From the NCBI GenBank assembly GCA_965198235.1, contig OZ240248.1:4096001-4160000 (forward strand): a stretch of DNA of 64,000 bases. Reading direction: 5' to 3'. Origin of the DNA: Candidatus Poribacteria bacterium (GTDB taxonomy: Bacteria; Poribacteria; WGA-4E; WGA-3G). A program made the translations under genes and the position numbers. The notes beneath the pieces are model-generated. The model saw nothing but the letters and a program-made list of their open reading frames with translations, was not told where the DNA came from and made no database searches. Shown here piece by piece: positions 10,662 through 20,905 of the stretch (position 1 is the stretch's first letter; the number at the start of each line of letters is the position of its first letter).

Positions 10662-11417
10662 ATGACCGGTGAAGAAAAATTCACAGTAGACCTTGAAGGT
10701 TACCTCGTCATAAAGAACGTCTTGACCGAGGATGAAGTCGCTGAGATGAATGAGATTATCAATAGAGAATCCAGCGATAGATTGAGAGGACATCGCGATA
10801 GAGTGTCAAGTCTTTGGGGTGAACCCTTTAAGAGCTTAATTGACCATCCGAAAATTCTCCCTTATCTACTCGAGTTATTAGGTCCGCACGTCCGTTTAGA
10901 CCACGATTATGCCCTCTTTATGGATGAAGGGCAACAAGGTGGTAGATTGCACGGCGGTGAAGACGGTGGTGGTCCCGGCGGTCCTGAGGCGGATCACTGG
11001 TACAAATACCGCGATGGTATCGTGCGAAACGGATTGTCTGTGATGACCTATAATCTGGCGGATGCACCAGAAGGTGCAGGTGGATTTGCCTGCATTCCCA
11101 GCAGCCACAAGAGCAATTTCTTGCAGGAATTGCCGTCAGATGTGCGGCATTTCGAGCGTCCCGCACACTACGTTGTGCAACCTCCTGTCGAAGCGGGAGA
11201 CGTGTTGTTCTTCACTGAAGCCCTTGTTCATGGGACGATGACTTGGAGGGCAAAACATCAACGACGCGCACTGCTCTATAAATACAGTCCCGGACACTCG
11301 GCATGGTCGGGAGAGTATCACGATCTCAGCGAATACGGCGAACTCACCGAACAACAGCAACGGATGCTCTTGCCACCATCAGTCGGCAGCCGTCCCTACG
11401 TCGTAGATGAAAGCTAA
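10662..11417 (+). CDS. PhyH-family Fe(II)/2-oxoglutarate oxygenase, paralog 2 (HxG motif)
   Basis: Close paralog of 9544-10278 with the same motifs; SD AAGGAG. Confidence 0.9.
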   Translation: MTGEEKFTVDLEGYLVIKNVLTEDEVAEMNEIINRESSDRLRGHRDRVSSLWGEPFKSLIDHPKILPYLLELLGPHVRLDHDYALFMDEGQQGGRLHGGEDGGGPGGPEADHWYKYRDGIVRNGLSVMTYNLADAPEGAGGFACIPSSHKSNFLQELPSDVRHFERPAHYVVQPPVEAGDVLFFTEALVHGTMTWRAKHQRRALLYKYSPGHSAWSGEYHDLSEYGELTEQQQRMLLPPSVGSRPYVVDES

Positions 11418-11422
11418 AACCA

Positions 11423-13297
11423 ATGCCAAACGTTCAACTTACTGGAAACCAGAGCGACTTCCTCAAAATCGTCGTCGCAGCAGCAGGACGCGGTGACCTC
11501 GAAACCGTCCGACAATTGGTCGATGACAATCCAGCGTGGATTCACACCGTCGGTTCACACGGTCGGACGATGCTGTGGGAAGCGGCATATCGGGGCAAGC
11601 TGGAGGTCGTTCAATTCCTCCTTGAACGCGGTGCCGATATAAACGTGCCGGGTTGCTACCATATCGAGCATCGCCTTGAAATAACACCCTACTGCGCCGC
11701 ACGGCATAAGGGACGCGACCGCGTCGCGGATTACCTACGCCAGCACGGCGCGACAATCGACATTCATACCGCCGCCTACCTCGGAGATTACAATACTGTC
11801 CGCTCGCATCTCGACAACGACGCAAATCTCATCAACAGCGGATACCTTCAGGCAGTGATGCTACCCGCAGGGAAACCCCATACCTTTGAACACCGAAAAA
11901 CGGCATGGGCAACGCCACTCTGCTACGCCGTCATGGGCGGAAACCGGGCGATTGTCGAATTGCTCATCTCACGAGGGGCGACAATCACGCCACACAGTGA
12001 ACGATTGCTGGATTACGCCGTCTCGGAAAATCGGGTAGAAATCGCCAAGTTGTTGCTCGAAAACGGTGCAGATCCGAGTAAAGCCCCGCGCATCTTGGAC
12101 GACACCTCTGAAATGAGCGTGTTACTCAAGGCACACGGTGTCCCACCTAAGGACATAAACGCTCAGAACCACATGGGATGGCCCCCACTTGTCTATGCCT
12201 GTCGTGGCGACAACGGTGAACATCCAGACGACATTCAGCGACTGTTAGAACTCGGTGCCGATATCGACGTTCGGAATTACAAAGGGAAAACGGGGTTGCA
12301 TTGCGCGGCGAAGGCAGGTTTTCTCAAAGTCATCAATCTGCTCATCGAAAACGGTGCGACCCTCGATGCCACCGACAACGATGGCGAAACTCCACTGTTT
12401 GAGGCAATCCGATCAACGATTAAGAGCGGTGAAAAACAACGAGCATCAATAGAAGCGTTGCTTGTCAAAGGTGCCGATCCAAACGCTAAGAATCGGAAAG
12501 GGCTAACCCCGCTACAAGTCGCGAAGCGGATGCGACGGACAGACGCAAGCAAAATTGTCGAATTGCTGAAAACACCTTACACACGCGAAAAACTCACCCA
12601 AGACTTTACCAATCTCGGCATTCAAAAAGCAGACACACTTTTTATCCATTCATCTTTTAAGAGTCTCGGATCCGTTGAGGGTGGGGCTGGCACAGTCATC
12701 TCTGCGTTAGAAGCGGCAGTCGGACAGGGAGGACTGATTCTGATGCCGACCTTCAGCCTTCTACCGAGTCGCGAAGAACGCGTCGCCGCGTGGAATATCG
12801 ACAAGACGCCGTCCACGGTGGGATGGCTGACGGAGTTTTTTCGGCAGATGCCCGACACCCATCGCTCCGACCACTATTCACACGCCGTTGCCGCTCGCGG
12901 GAAAGAGGCGAAGGCTTTTGTGTCTGACCACCTCCAACGCGAAGGCTACCAATCACCGTGGGATCATCACCCGTGGGGAAAGACTTACGGCACACATTCA
13001 CCGATGTTCCGTGCCTACAAGGCGAACGCCAAACTCCTCATGATCGGTGTCGATTATCAGACCTCGACCTATATCCATCTCGTTGAGGTTATCCATTGGA
13101 ACAAACGCCTCATCGGTGACTTGCAGGCAGAGTACATTGGGTTGAAGCGTCCAGAACTTGGTGAATTTTGGGAGAGGCTTGGTCAGTTGAGACAAGAGAA
13201 GGTGGGAGATTCCATCTGCCGGTTGTTCCACATTAAGCCGTATGTGGACACACTTCTGGCGGAGGTCGAGCGCAATCCTAAACCGTATGTCGCCTAA
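11423..13297 (+). CDS. Ankyrin-repeat protein fused to an AAC(3)/YokD-family N-acetyltransferase
   Basis: About 385 aa of ankyrin repeats (GxTxLHxAA..G...LLExGAD), then LGIQKADTLFIHSSFKSLG, LMPTFS, RSDHYSHAVAARG and TYIHLVE. Confidence 0.85.
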   Translation: MPNVQLTGNQSDFLKIVVAAAGRGDLETVRQLVDDNPAWIHTVGSHGRTMLWEAAYRGKLEVVQFLLERGADINVPGCYHIEHRLEITPYCAARHKGRDRVADYLRQHGATIDIHTAAYLGDYNTVRSHLDNDANLINSGYLQAVMLPAGKPHTFEHRKTAWATPLCYAVMGGNRAIVELLISRGATITPHSERLLDYAVSENRVEIAKLLLENGADPSKAPRILDDTSEMSVLLKAHGVPPKDINAQNHMGWPPLVYACRGDNGEHPDDIQRLLELGADIDVRNYKGKTGLHCAAKAGFLKVINLLIENGATLDATDNDGETPLFEAIRSTIKSGEKQRASIEALLVKGADPNAKNRKGLTPLQVAKRMRRTDASKIVELLKTPYTREKLTQDFTNLGIQKADTLFIHSSFKSLGSVEGGAGTVISALEAAVGQGGLILMPTFSLLPSREERVAAWNIDKTPSTVGWLTEFFRQMPDTHRSDHYSHAVAARGKEAKAFVSDHLQREGYQSPWDHHPWGKTYGTHSPMFRAYKANAKLLMIGVDYQTSTYIHLVEVIHWNKRLIGDLQAEYIGLKRPELGEFWERLGQLRQEKVGDSICRLFHIKPYVDTLLAEVERNPKPYVA

Positions 13298-13339
13298 AGG
13301 TTTACAATACCCACTTTTTAACACTCCAAGGAGAGCCGG

Positions 13340-14941
13340 ATGAAAGGAATTTATCGTGGACTGATTTTGGTTTGCTGCACCCTGCTCCTCTGTAGCGAAA
13401 TAAGGGAGTCCGCCCTGGCAGACGATTCCAATCAGCAGGTGGGTGTAACGGATAAATCGGATGGAAACAGGCAAAATGCGCTCATGCCCAGTTGGGTGCC
13501 ACAACCGAGCGACATAGGACGCGTCGAAGAACAGCGACTTTTGACTGCCGTTACAGCCGCACAGAAAGCATTGATTGAAACTCCTAAAGATGCAACGGCG
13601 TGGGGACGGTTAGGCAATATCTATTTTGTTCACGGATGGGAGGCAGAAGCCTCCCAGTGTTACCGAAGTGCCGTTGAGATTGCGCCCAACGCATTCCACT
13701 GGTTATACTACCTCGGATTGACCACCTATAAAGTCAATCCACAAGCCGCTGCCCAAACGCTTGCCCAAGCAATCAAACTTGACCCTCAATACGCGCCCGC
13801 CCATATTTACCGCGCCGCCGCGCTCCGAAGCCTCGGACACCTGAAGCAAGCGAAAGTGCACCTTGAAACCGCTAACAAATTGGATCCTCGGAACCCATAC
13901 GCGTCCTTATGGCTCGGTGAACTCGCACTCGCCGCCCAGCAGTTTGAAGCCGCGCAAAGCCACTTACAACGTGCCTTAAAACTGAATCCAGAACAGAGCG
14001 AAGCACACGCCGCAATGGCACAAGTTGCGAGGGTACTCAGAGACATGGACACCGCCACCCAGCATGCACAAGCATCGCGAAAACGAACAAAATACATACA
14101 GATGCGCGATCCGCTGTGGTGGGATGTGCTAAAGCTCGGCGTAACAGCACAACGGTACGCTGAGCGTGGAAACCGATACCTACAACAAGGGGATTTCAAA
14201 CGTGCCGTCAGTGAGTTAGAGACCGCAATATCAGGGCTCGATAAGGACCCGCACCTCTGGCTAAATTATGGAATCGCACTGCTGCTTAACAAGCAATACA
14301 GGGACGCCATCGCTGTTTTAGAGAACACACTGGCTGTTATCCGCGACACCGAGAACACAACCCGGAATTCAACGGAAATCGTCGATTTAAAAGTTCAAAG
14401 CCACTACAATTTAGGACTCGCTTACTATCACGGCGGTAAAACCGGAAAAGCGACTGCCGCTTATCAAGAAGCGATTGAACTTGAACCGAATTTCGCTGAT
14501 GCTTATGGTGGGCTTGGGGTCATATACTGGCGAACTGGAGACCTTGATGCAGCGATTCGCCACTGCCAAAAAGCGATTAAGATTGCCCCTGAAAATATTG
14601 AGTTTCATCAAAACTTGACACGGATTTATTGGCAGAAGGGGATGTACGATAGAGCCGCAGTCGGATATCGGATTCTCCTTGAACTGAATCCTTCAGACGA
14701 AATCGCGCTGCACCATCTCGGCATAATTTTGCTGTCGAAACAAGAGTACGATGAAGCCATTTCTTGCTTTCAAAAAGTGCTTCAACGCAACCCGGACAGT
14801 GCGCTAACGCATGGGGCTTTGGGAGCCGCTTACTACAGGTTGGAAGAGGAAGGTCCCGCTATCCATGAATTTCAAGAGGTGCTACGTTTGGATCCGCAGA
14901 ACCAAAATGCGCGCAAAATGCTCAAACGCCTCGGACGTTAA
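13340..14941 (+). CDS. Secreted TPR-repeat protein
   Basis: N-terminal signal-like segment and many TPR units (AYQEAIELEPNFADAYGGLG). Confidence 0.9.
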   Translation: MKGIYRGLILVCCTLLLCSEIRESALADDSNQQVGVTDKSDGNRQNALMPSWVPQPSDIGRVEEQRLLTAVTAAQKALIETPKDATAWGRLGNIYFVHGWEAEASQCYRSAVEIAPNAFHWLYYLGLTTYKVNPQAAAQTLAQAIKLDPQYAPAHIYRAAALRSLGHLKQAKVHLETANKLDPRNPYASLWLGELALAAQQFEAAQSHLQRALKLNPEQSEAHAAMAQVARVLRDMDTATQHAQASRKRTKYIQMRDPLWWDVLKLGVTAQRYAERGNRYLQQGDFKRAVSELETAISGLDKDPHLWLNYGIALLLNKQYRDAIAVLENTLAVIRDTENTTRNSTEIVDLKVQSHYNLGLAYYHGGKTGKATAAYQEAIELEPNFADAYGGLGVIYWRTGDLDAAIRHCQKAIKIAPENIEFHQNLTRIYWQKGMYDRAAVGYRILLELNPSDEIALHHLGIILLSKQEYDEAISCFQKVLQRNPDSALTHGALGAAYYRLEEEGPAIHEFQEVLRLDPQNQNARKMLKRLGR

Positions 14942-14947
14942 TTAAAA

Positions 14948-14981
14948 AAAGGTGGGCATCACACTCGCGATGCCCACCTTT
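14948..14981. terminator. Bidirectional intrinsic terminator
   Basis: AAAGGTGGGCATC / GATGCCCACCTTT stem between convergent genes, A-tract on the left. Confidence 0.75.
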
Positions 14982-14998
14982 GGTTGCGGAGACGGTGG

Positions 14999-15829
14999 CT
15001 ATTGCCAATTGGGTCCTCTCGGAGTAAACGATTTAGGCACTCTAAGATACCCGCCTTTTATCGCACCCCATCTCGTGGGTAACTTGCCTTCTGGCTCGAC
15101 AGCATAAACCCGATCCATTGCCTTCTGGATTTCGTCTTCATCAAGCGCAACGCTCCAGATTGCAACCTCATCGACGCGTCCAATGTAATGTTCCCGATTC
15201 CCTTCGCTGTTGCGTCCAATCGACACGGGAACATCGTTTTTATCCATCTTACCCTTGGCATCCCCCTCCACTTCTACTTCACCATTATAGTAAAGTTTCA
15301 TCTGGCTTCCATCGTAGGTGGCGGTTACATGCGTCCACTTCTTCGGGGGCAAGTTTGAAGTCGTAGCATCGCCGATCCGCTTTTCTGTCCCCTTATTCAC
15401 AGAGATAATAAAACCCGTCTTTCCATTATTACCGCCAAACTCATAGAATCCATAGACCATCCACGGAGCGGTATCGCCTGCCCACGTCTTCACAATAATA
15501 CGGAACCACTCATTTGTGAACTCGGTCGGATACACCCAACACATCAAGGTGATTTCATCCGTAATATCCAAAGAATCGGAATCTGGCACTTCAATCCAAC
15601 CGCCGGCTTCGCCGCTCAGTTCGACTGCCTGACCAATTTTGCCCTTTACGCGCTTTCCTTTGTGAATTGTCCCATCATTTTTATGTTTGGACTTATCTTT
15701 GGCTGTATCACCTTTCGCTTCGTCGAAGGAGAGATAGAGTGCCAAATCGCCTTCCCGAACAGCCTCGCTCATCGCGCTGAACGCAACAATGCAACCCAGT
15801 GATAAAAGAAATATGGCTAAAACCTTCAT
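14999..15829 (-). CDS. Secreted LamG/concanavalin-like domain protein
   Basis: Signal peptide, LYLSFDE, WTHVTATYDG..KLYYNG, GRVDEVAIWS, and C-terminal AVEPEGKLPTRWGAIK. Confidence 0.9.
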   Translation of the reverse strand: MKVLAIFLLSLGCIVAFSAMSEAVREGDLALYLSFDEAKGDTAKDKSKHKNDGTIHKGKRVKGKIGQAVELSGEAGGWIEVPDSDSLDITDEITLMCWVYPTEFTNEWFRIIVKTWAGDTAPWMVYGFYEFGGNNGKTGFIISVNKGTEKRIGDATTSNLPPKKWTHVTATYDGSQMKLYYNGEVEVEGDAKGKMDKNDVPVSIGRNSEGNREHYIGRVDEVAIWSVALDEDEIQKAMDRVYAVEPEGKLPTRWGAIKGGYLRVPKSFTPRGPNWQ

Positions 15830-15959
15830 AAAGTTTACCTCCTGTTATAGTGTAACTTGCTATGAAAATTTAGACGGATTCTGCATAATGCAGCATCCTT
15901 CAGGTAACGCACCCATTTTAGCACAGTATAGTAAAATCCGATAATCAATTCACTTTCTA

Positions 15960-16305
15960 TATTTAGACAAATTTTATAGTAAAATCCGATAATCAATTCA
16001 CTTCTACGTCCTAACCCATCCGAGAAAGATTTTCCTTCTACTAAAACCGCTGCGGCGAAGAAACACCAATAGGTTACAAACCAACCTGTAAAAAAAGGTA
16101 CGATCACTAAAATAAACAGTGGATCGTCGAAAAAAACATTGAACTCACGATGAGCAGCGCAAGGCAGTAACCGGCGGATATTCCAAGAAACAACAGAAAA
16201 TGCTGACGATAGAGGCTGAACGTCGTATCAAGAAGTTCCCCAAACCCCATCGCATGTAGTTTCGGGAATTTATTCTTACTGTTGCTCCGCAGGTCACGTC
16301 CCATA
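15960..16305 (-). pseudogene. Decayed paralog of the 23464-24342 membrane protein
   Basis: LHAMGFGELLDTTFSLYRQHFLLFLGI matches LQPMDFTDILDGMFSFYRNHFRLFLAI; a later fragment WCFFAAAVLVEGKS..GLGRRSELI lies in another ORF; 29-bp duplication at 15927 and 15975. Confidence 0.7.
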
Positions 16306-16308
16306 ACG

Positions 16309-17130
16309 TTATTCACCTGCGACGGATCCATCCGTTCTGACATCTGTATTTTCCCGATTACCGTCAGCCGTTTTTGAGGTCTTAAGCACGTAGACCTCCT
16401 CCAAAAATCTATCGTAGCCAATAGAACCAGTACCCCCCATCTTTTCAACGATAGGACTGGCTATGACGCGTGCGAGTTCCGATCGGCGGTGCCCGGGAAG
16501 CATTGCCCGACGCGCAAGATATTCACGTATTACCCCCATCTCCGTCTCTGTGACCAACGCAGGTTGTATCCAAGCAGTATAGACAAATTCTCGTGGTGGA
16601 ATGTTGATAGATGGGTTATCCGCTTGTGAACCCCTGCCGGTAAGTTTCAACGCCGTGCGCGCTGTTTTAATAACAAGCGTCCCCGCCGCAAGGTCGCCTA
16701 ATCGCAGCGAATTTCTGTTTATCAGCATACAAAGCAAACCCGCCCCATAAAAGAAAGGGAGAAAATCGACGATCCGCACCAGATTCCGGATCGCAGAATC
16801 AGCGAAACCGATCGGATAGCCACCCTCCTTGATAACACGTAAACCGAGTACACGTTTTCCAAGGGTTTGACCATTTGTGGTAACCTCGAATACTATATAG
16901 TAACCCCAGAACAGCGCGAAGACAACGATCCCTCCCAACGCCCCAAGCCAATTGCCGACAACATCTCCAAGCTCGGAGATAAACCGCCTGTTGACGTAAT
17001 ATCCAACAAGTGAAATCAGTGTGAGTAACACCGTATCAATGAGTGCCGCATAGAAACGAGAGCCGATGCCCGCCTGCTGAAAGTTTATATTAATCTGTTC
17101 AGGTGTTTCCACGGATACTTGTTCGTTCAT
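16309..17130 (-). CDS. RDD family membrane protein
   Basis: VETPEQ, AGIGSRFYAALID, GQTLGKRVLGLRV, RNLVRIVD, RLGDLAAGTLV. Confidence 0.9.
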   Translation of the reverse strand: MNEQVSVETPEQININFQQAGIGSRFYAALIDTVLLTLISLVGYYVNRRFISELGDVVGNWLGALGGIVVFALFWGYYIVFEVTTNGQTLGKRVLGLRVIKEGGYPIGFADSAIRNLVRIVDFLPFFYGAGLLCMLINRNSLRLGDLAAGTLVIKTARTALKLTGRGSQADNPSINIPPREFVYTAWIQPALVTETEMGVIREYLARRAMLPGHRRSELARVIASPIVEKMGGTGSIGYDRFLEEVYVLKTSKTADGNRENTDVRTDGSVAGE

Positions 17131-17423
17131 TTGTAGAAGTGAGTGACCTTTCTCTGTAAAATAGGTTGATTTTCAATTTTTCTAACTATGTGCCTCTGCT
17201 CATCGTTCCAAATATAAAGCAAAGACAAATTTTGCCGCGTGTGGGCAAAATTTCGTTCCACGATGGTGTCTGGTGAATTCCAACGCGACTGAGGAGATGG
17301 ACGGTTTTTAAGAGGACAGGCACAAGACAAATTTCCCCTACAACATAAAATAGGTTGATTTTCGATACGAATCGGTGTTTAATTAGTTGTCAGTTACCGG
17401 TTAAAAGGACAATCATTAAAAAT

Positions 17424-18362
17424 ATGACCCCAACAGAATTCATTGCAAAAAAACAGAAGACCTGGGATGAACTTGAGGCATTGCTAAACCATTCACGCCG
17501 TGCGAGTGCGGGTCAACTCAATCGACTCGGGTATCTATACCGGCGCGTTACGTCCGATTTAGCGGTAGCCCGACGCGATTTCCCACAAGATCAATGCGTC
17601 TCATATCTCAACGCCCTCGCTTCACGTGCACACGCCGCTGTATACCAGACCTCTCCTTTCAAGCGTGGCACACTTCGTCAGTTTCTTCTCTCCGGTTTCC
17701 CGAAAGTATTTCGTGAAAACCTCAATTTCATCGTAGCAGCGTTCCTGATGTTCACCCTCTCATTTGCAGCAGCATATTGGATCGCTTTCAGCACTCCCGA
17801 ACTTGCGGAACAAATCGTCCCTGAACGCATCGCGTCTCACATCAAAGAATTGGAGGACGGTGCGTGGAACGATACTTCAGCAGAAAATCGAAACCTATTT
17901 GCATCTTTCGTGATGACGAACAACATTCGGGTCGCGTTTTTTGCCTTTGCTGGCGGCATTATATTCATGGTAGGCACCGCCTACGTTTTAGTTATCAACG
18001 GTATCCTCATCGGTGCAGTCGCAGGCCTGTGTCATGCCAACGGGGTTGCGCTCGCACTCTGGTCGTTTGTGTCGCCGCACGGCTATATCGAACTCACAAC
18101 GATTTTCATTGCTGGCGGCGCTGGGCTGAAATTAGGATACTCACTCATCGCCCCATCGCTTTTTACGCGGAAACGGACTTTGACAGACGCTGCGAGAACC
18201 GCCGTCCAGCTGCTTGGTGGGTGCATTGCGCTGCTTGTCGTTGCGGGGATTATTGAAGGTTTCGTATCGCCGTCCAGCCTACTCCCCGCCGTCAAAATCG
18301 GATTCGGTGCTTTGACGGGAATTTTACTGTTCACCTACCTTTTTGCAGTGAAAGCGCGTTAA
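17424..18362 (+). CDS. Stage II sporulation protein M (DUF95) family membrane protein
   Basis: LYRRVTSDLA, NNIRVAF, NGILIG, PHGYIEL, AGIIEGFVSP; start moved to ATG 17424. Confidence 0.9.
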   Translation: MTPTEFIAKKQKTWDELEALLNHSRRASAGQLNRLGYLYRRVTSDLAVARRDFPQDQCVSYLNALASRAHAAVYQTSPFKRGTLRQFLLSGFPKVFRENLNFIVAAFLMFTLSFAAAYWIAFSTPELAEQIVPERIASHIKELEDGAWNDTSAENRNLFASFVMTNNIRVAFFAFAGGIIFMVGTAYVLVINGILIGAVAGLCHANGVALALWSFVSPHGYIELTTIFIAGGAGLKLGYSLIAPSLFTRKRTLTDAARTAVQLLGGCIALLVVAGIIEGFVSPSSLLPAVKIGFGALTGILLFTYLFAVKAR

Positions 18363-18541
18363 TCTTTTTAATTTTACCTTGCGGTTCGGTCAGATGAGTC
18401 TGAAACGTTGACGTCCCTTTCCGTATATCCGCTCTCCATTACATTACGAGCTACGAACTTTGGTTTCCTTTTTTCACTAACCTCCTCAACTCCAGTCGTC
18501 CGAGATAGACACAGCATCTCAGGTGCCATAAATCGCTACCT

Positions 18542-19942
18542 TCAAATCTGAGACTTTGCTTTCAACTCCAAATACTTATTCACCACCGCCATTGTCAACT
18601 GATGCGCAGGCACATCAATCGTGATGACCCCTCGACGACGCAAAATCTCTAATGTCGCACGCTTCTCCTGTAACAATCGCTCGGCGATCGCTTTCTGGTA
18701 AACCGACTTGGAATCTGTAGATTTCTGTTCCGCCAATTCAACGATACCCGAGTCTGTCAAGGTCACACAAGCAACGAGGTGATGCTTAGAGAGTTGCGAC
18801 ACATAGGCGGCGATCCCTTCAGCAGAATCGCTATCCAAGATGTCCGTAAATAGGATGATGAGCGCACGTTTGCGCTGCTTTGAAGCGAGATACTTGAATG
18901 CCGCTTCAAAATCCGGTTCAACCGAGTGAACAGGGAGTGCATAGATCGTTTCCAGCATCGTGAGAAACTGCTTTTTGCCGGGCTTCGGCGCAAGGTATTG
19001 ATGAACGGTATCCGCAAAAGCGATCAACCCAACTTTATCCCCCTTAAGTGTCGAGACATACGCAGTCATCAAGGTGGTATTAATAGCATAATCCAATTTA
19101 AGCATCAACGGAAGCATGCCATCACGATGATCGTGATCGCGTGACTTCCGAGCCTTTTGCGATGTAACTTCTGCCGAGGGGAGTGTGGTCGCTTCCAAAA
19201 GGATCGGCGATGCCATCAGTCTCCCGGTGTCCAACATAATGACGATATCTTGGCTCCGTTCGGTCTCAAATTCCCGAACAATCGGTTTCCGTTGCCGCGC
19301 AGTGGCATTCCAATCAATACGGCGGAAATCGTCATCAGGAAAATACTCACGGAGTCGCTCCATCTCCGTGCCTTCCCCGAATCGCCGTGAATTCTTAAGC
19401 CCGATCTGATGGAGCATCCCACGTTTTACTAAGAGTTCATATTGTCGAACCGCTTGTAGGTTTGGATAAACTTTTATTTCCGTCGCCGCCGGCACCCGAC
19501 GTTGCCGGACCACAAGTCCCAAGATTCCCTGACACCGTAGATGGACATCTACGAACTGATAAATGCCGCGTCGCAACGGCGTGAGACGATATGATATATC
19601 TGTCTGGTCCATCGGGGAAACATAGCAGTCGTGGACAACCGCATCGAACAGAAACTCGTCGGGGAAATCGTCTTTGAGACGCACCTTGAGTTGGTAGCGC
19701 GAGCGATTGATTACTTCCAGCGTCACGACGTTCTCCACTCCCAACGAAAACTTGGAATTCATCTCGCGGTGAACCTCAACGCCTTTAAAGAGCGGATTGG
19801 TAAGGTAATCCACGGTACTGACGACGAAAAGTACCACCACATAGGCACCACCGACAAATAATAGGTTCGGTGAAACGCTGCTCAGCGCAATCGGAACGGC
19901 TACTGGAAGTAAGAAGATGAGGAGACGGTTGCTTAAATGCAT
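18542..19942 (-). CDS. DUF58 (vWA-like) protein
   Basis: GEGTEMERLREYFPDDDFRRIDWNATAR, REFETERSQ, LDTGRLM. Confidence 0.9.
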   Translation of the reverse strand: MHLSNRLLIFLLPVAVPIALSSVSPNLLFVGGAYVVVLFVVSTVDYLTNPLFKGVEVHREMNSKFSLGVENVVTLEVINRSRYQLKVRLKDDFPDEFLFDAVVHDCYVSPMDQTDISYRLTPLRRGIYQFVDVHLRCQGILGLVVRQRRVPAATEIKVYPNLQAVRQYELLVKRGMLHQIGLKNSRRFGEGTEMERLREYFPDDDFRRIDWNATARQRKPIVREFETERSQDIVIMLDTGRLMASPILLEATTLPSAEVTSQKARKSRDHDHRDGMLPLMLKLDYAINTTLMTAYVSTLKGDKVGLIAFADTVHQYLAPKPGKKQFLTMLETIYALPVHSVEPDFEAAFKYLASKQRKRALIILFTDILDSDSAEGIAAYVSQLSKHHLVACVTLTDSGIVELAEQKSTDSKSVYQKAIAERLLQEKRATLEILRRRGVITIDVPAHQLTMAVVNKYLELKAKSQI

Positions 19943-19951
19943 TCTTTTTAT

Positions 19952-20905
19952 CTAACGCGGAATTTCTGCCTCGGCGAGCAACCTATCGATCACGTCGTCT
20001 GGAGTCAATCCCTCAATTTCAGCATCCGGCTTCAGGAGAATCCGATGCCGATAGACTGGCGGTGTCAAGAATTTAACATCGTCAGGCAGAATATAATCCC
20101 GTCCTTGAAGTGCCGCATAGGTTTTGCTCGCCAACAAAAGCGCAATCGAGGCGCGTGGACTTCCCCCTAATACTAACTCATTCGACGCACGCGATGCCTC
20201 CGCCAAACCGACAATATACCTGAAGATTGAATCCTCTACCGTGACCGCTTGGATCGCATCCTGACACGCCTGAAGGGTGGCACTATCAACGACACTTTCG
20301 ATACCGACTGTTTCCAAGCGTGTGGCATTAAAACCGTGATGATAGTTCATCAAAATCTCTGTTTCCACTTCTGGAAGGGGGTAATCCACGCGTAATTTGA
20401 ACAGAAACCGGTCAAGCTGCGCTTCGGGAAGTGGATAGGTGCCTTCATATTCGATAGGATTTTGCGTTGCCAAGACCATAAATGGTGGTGGGAGTTCATG
20501 ACGGACACCGTCAATGCTTACCTGCCGTTCCTCCATACATTCTAAGAGTGCCGATTGCGTCTTCGCGGGCGTACGGTTGATCTCATCAGCGAGGAGAACA
20601 TTCGTGAAAACAGGACCGCGCTTGAGGTTAAATTGGTTCGTCGTCAAATCGTAGACGCTGGTACCGACAATGTCTGACGGCATCAAGTCAGGGGTAAACT
20701 GCACACGGCTGAATTGTCCAGAGACTATCATTGCCAAGGTTTTCGCAACGAGTGTTTTCGCTGTCCCGGGTACCCCTTCTAACAACACATGACCCCCTGA
20801 AAACAGGCTGACGACAATCAGTTCAAAAAGCTCTGTTTGTCCAACAATAACTTTTTGTGCCTCTTGCTTCATTTTTTCAAAAACTGTTTGAACGAGATTC
20901 CTCAT
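19952..20905 (-). CDS. MoxR-family AAA+ ATPase
   Basis: [55 protein letters not shown]. Confidence 0.95.
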   Translation of the reverse strand: MRNLVQTVFEKMKQEAQKVIVGQTELFELIVVSLFSGGHVLLEGVPGTAKTLVAKTLAMIVSGQFSRVQFTPDLMPSDIVGTSVYDLTTNQFNLKRGPVFTNVLLADEINRTPAKTQSALLECMEERQVSIDGVRHELPPPFMVLATQNPIEYEGTYPLPEAQLDRFLFKLRVDYPLPEVETEILMNYHHGFNATRLETVGIESVVDSATLQACQDAIQAVTVEDSIFRYIVGLAEASRASNELVLGGSPRASIALLLASKTYAALQGRDYILPDDVKFLTPPVYRHRILLKPDAEIEGLTPDDVIDRLLAEAEIPR

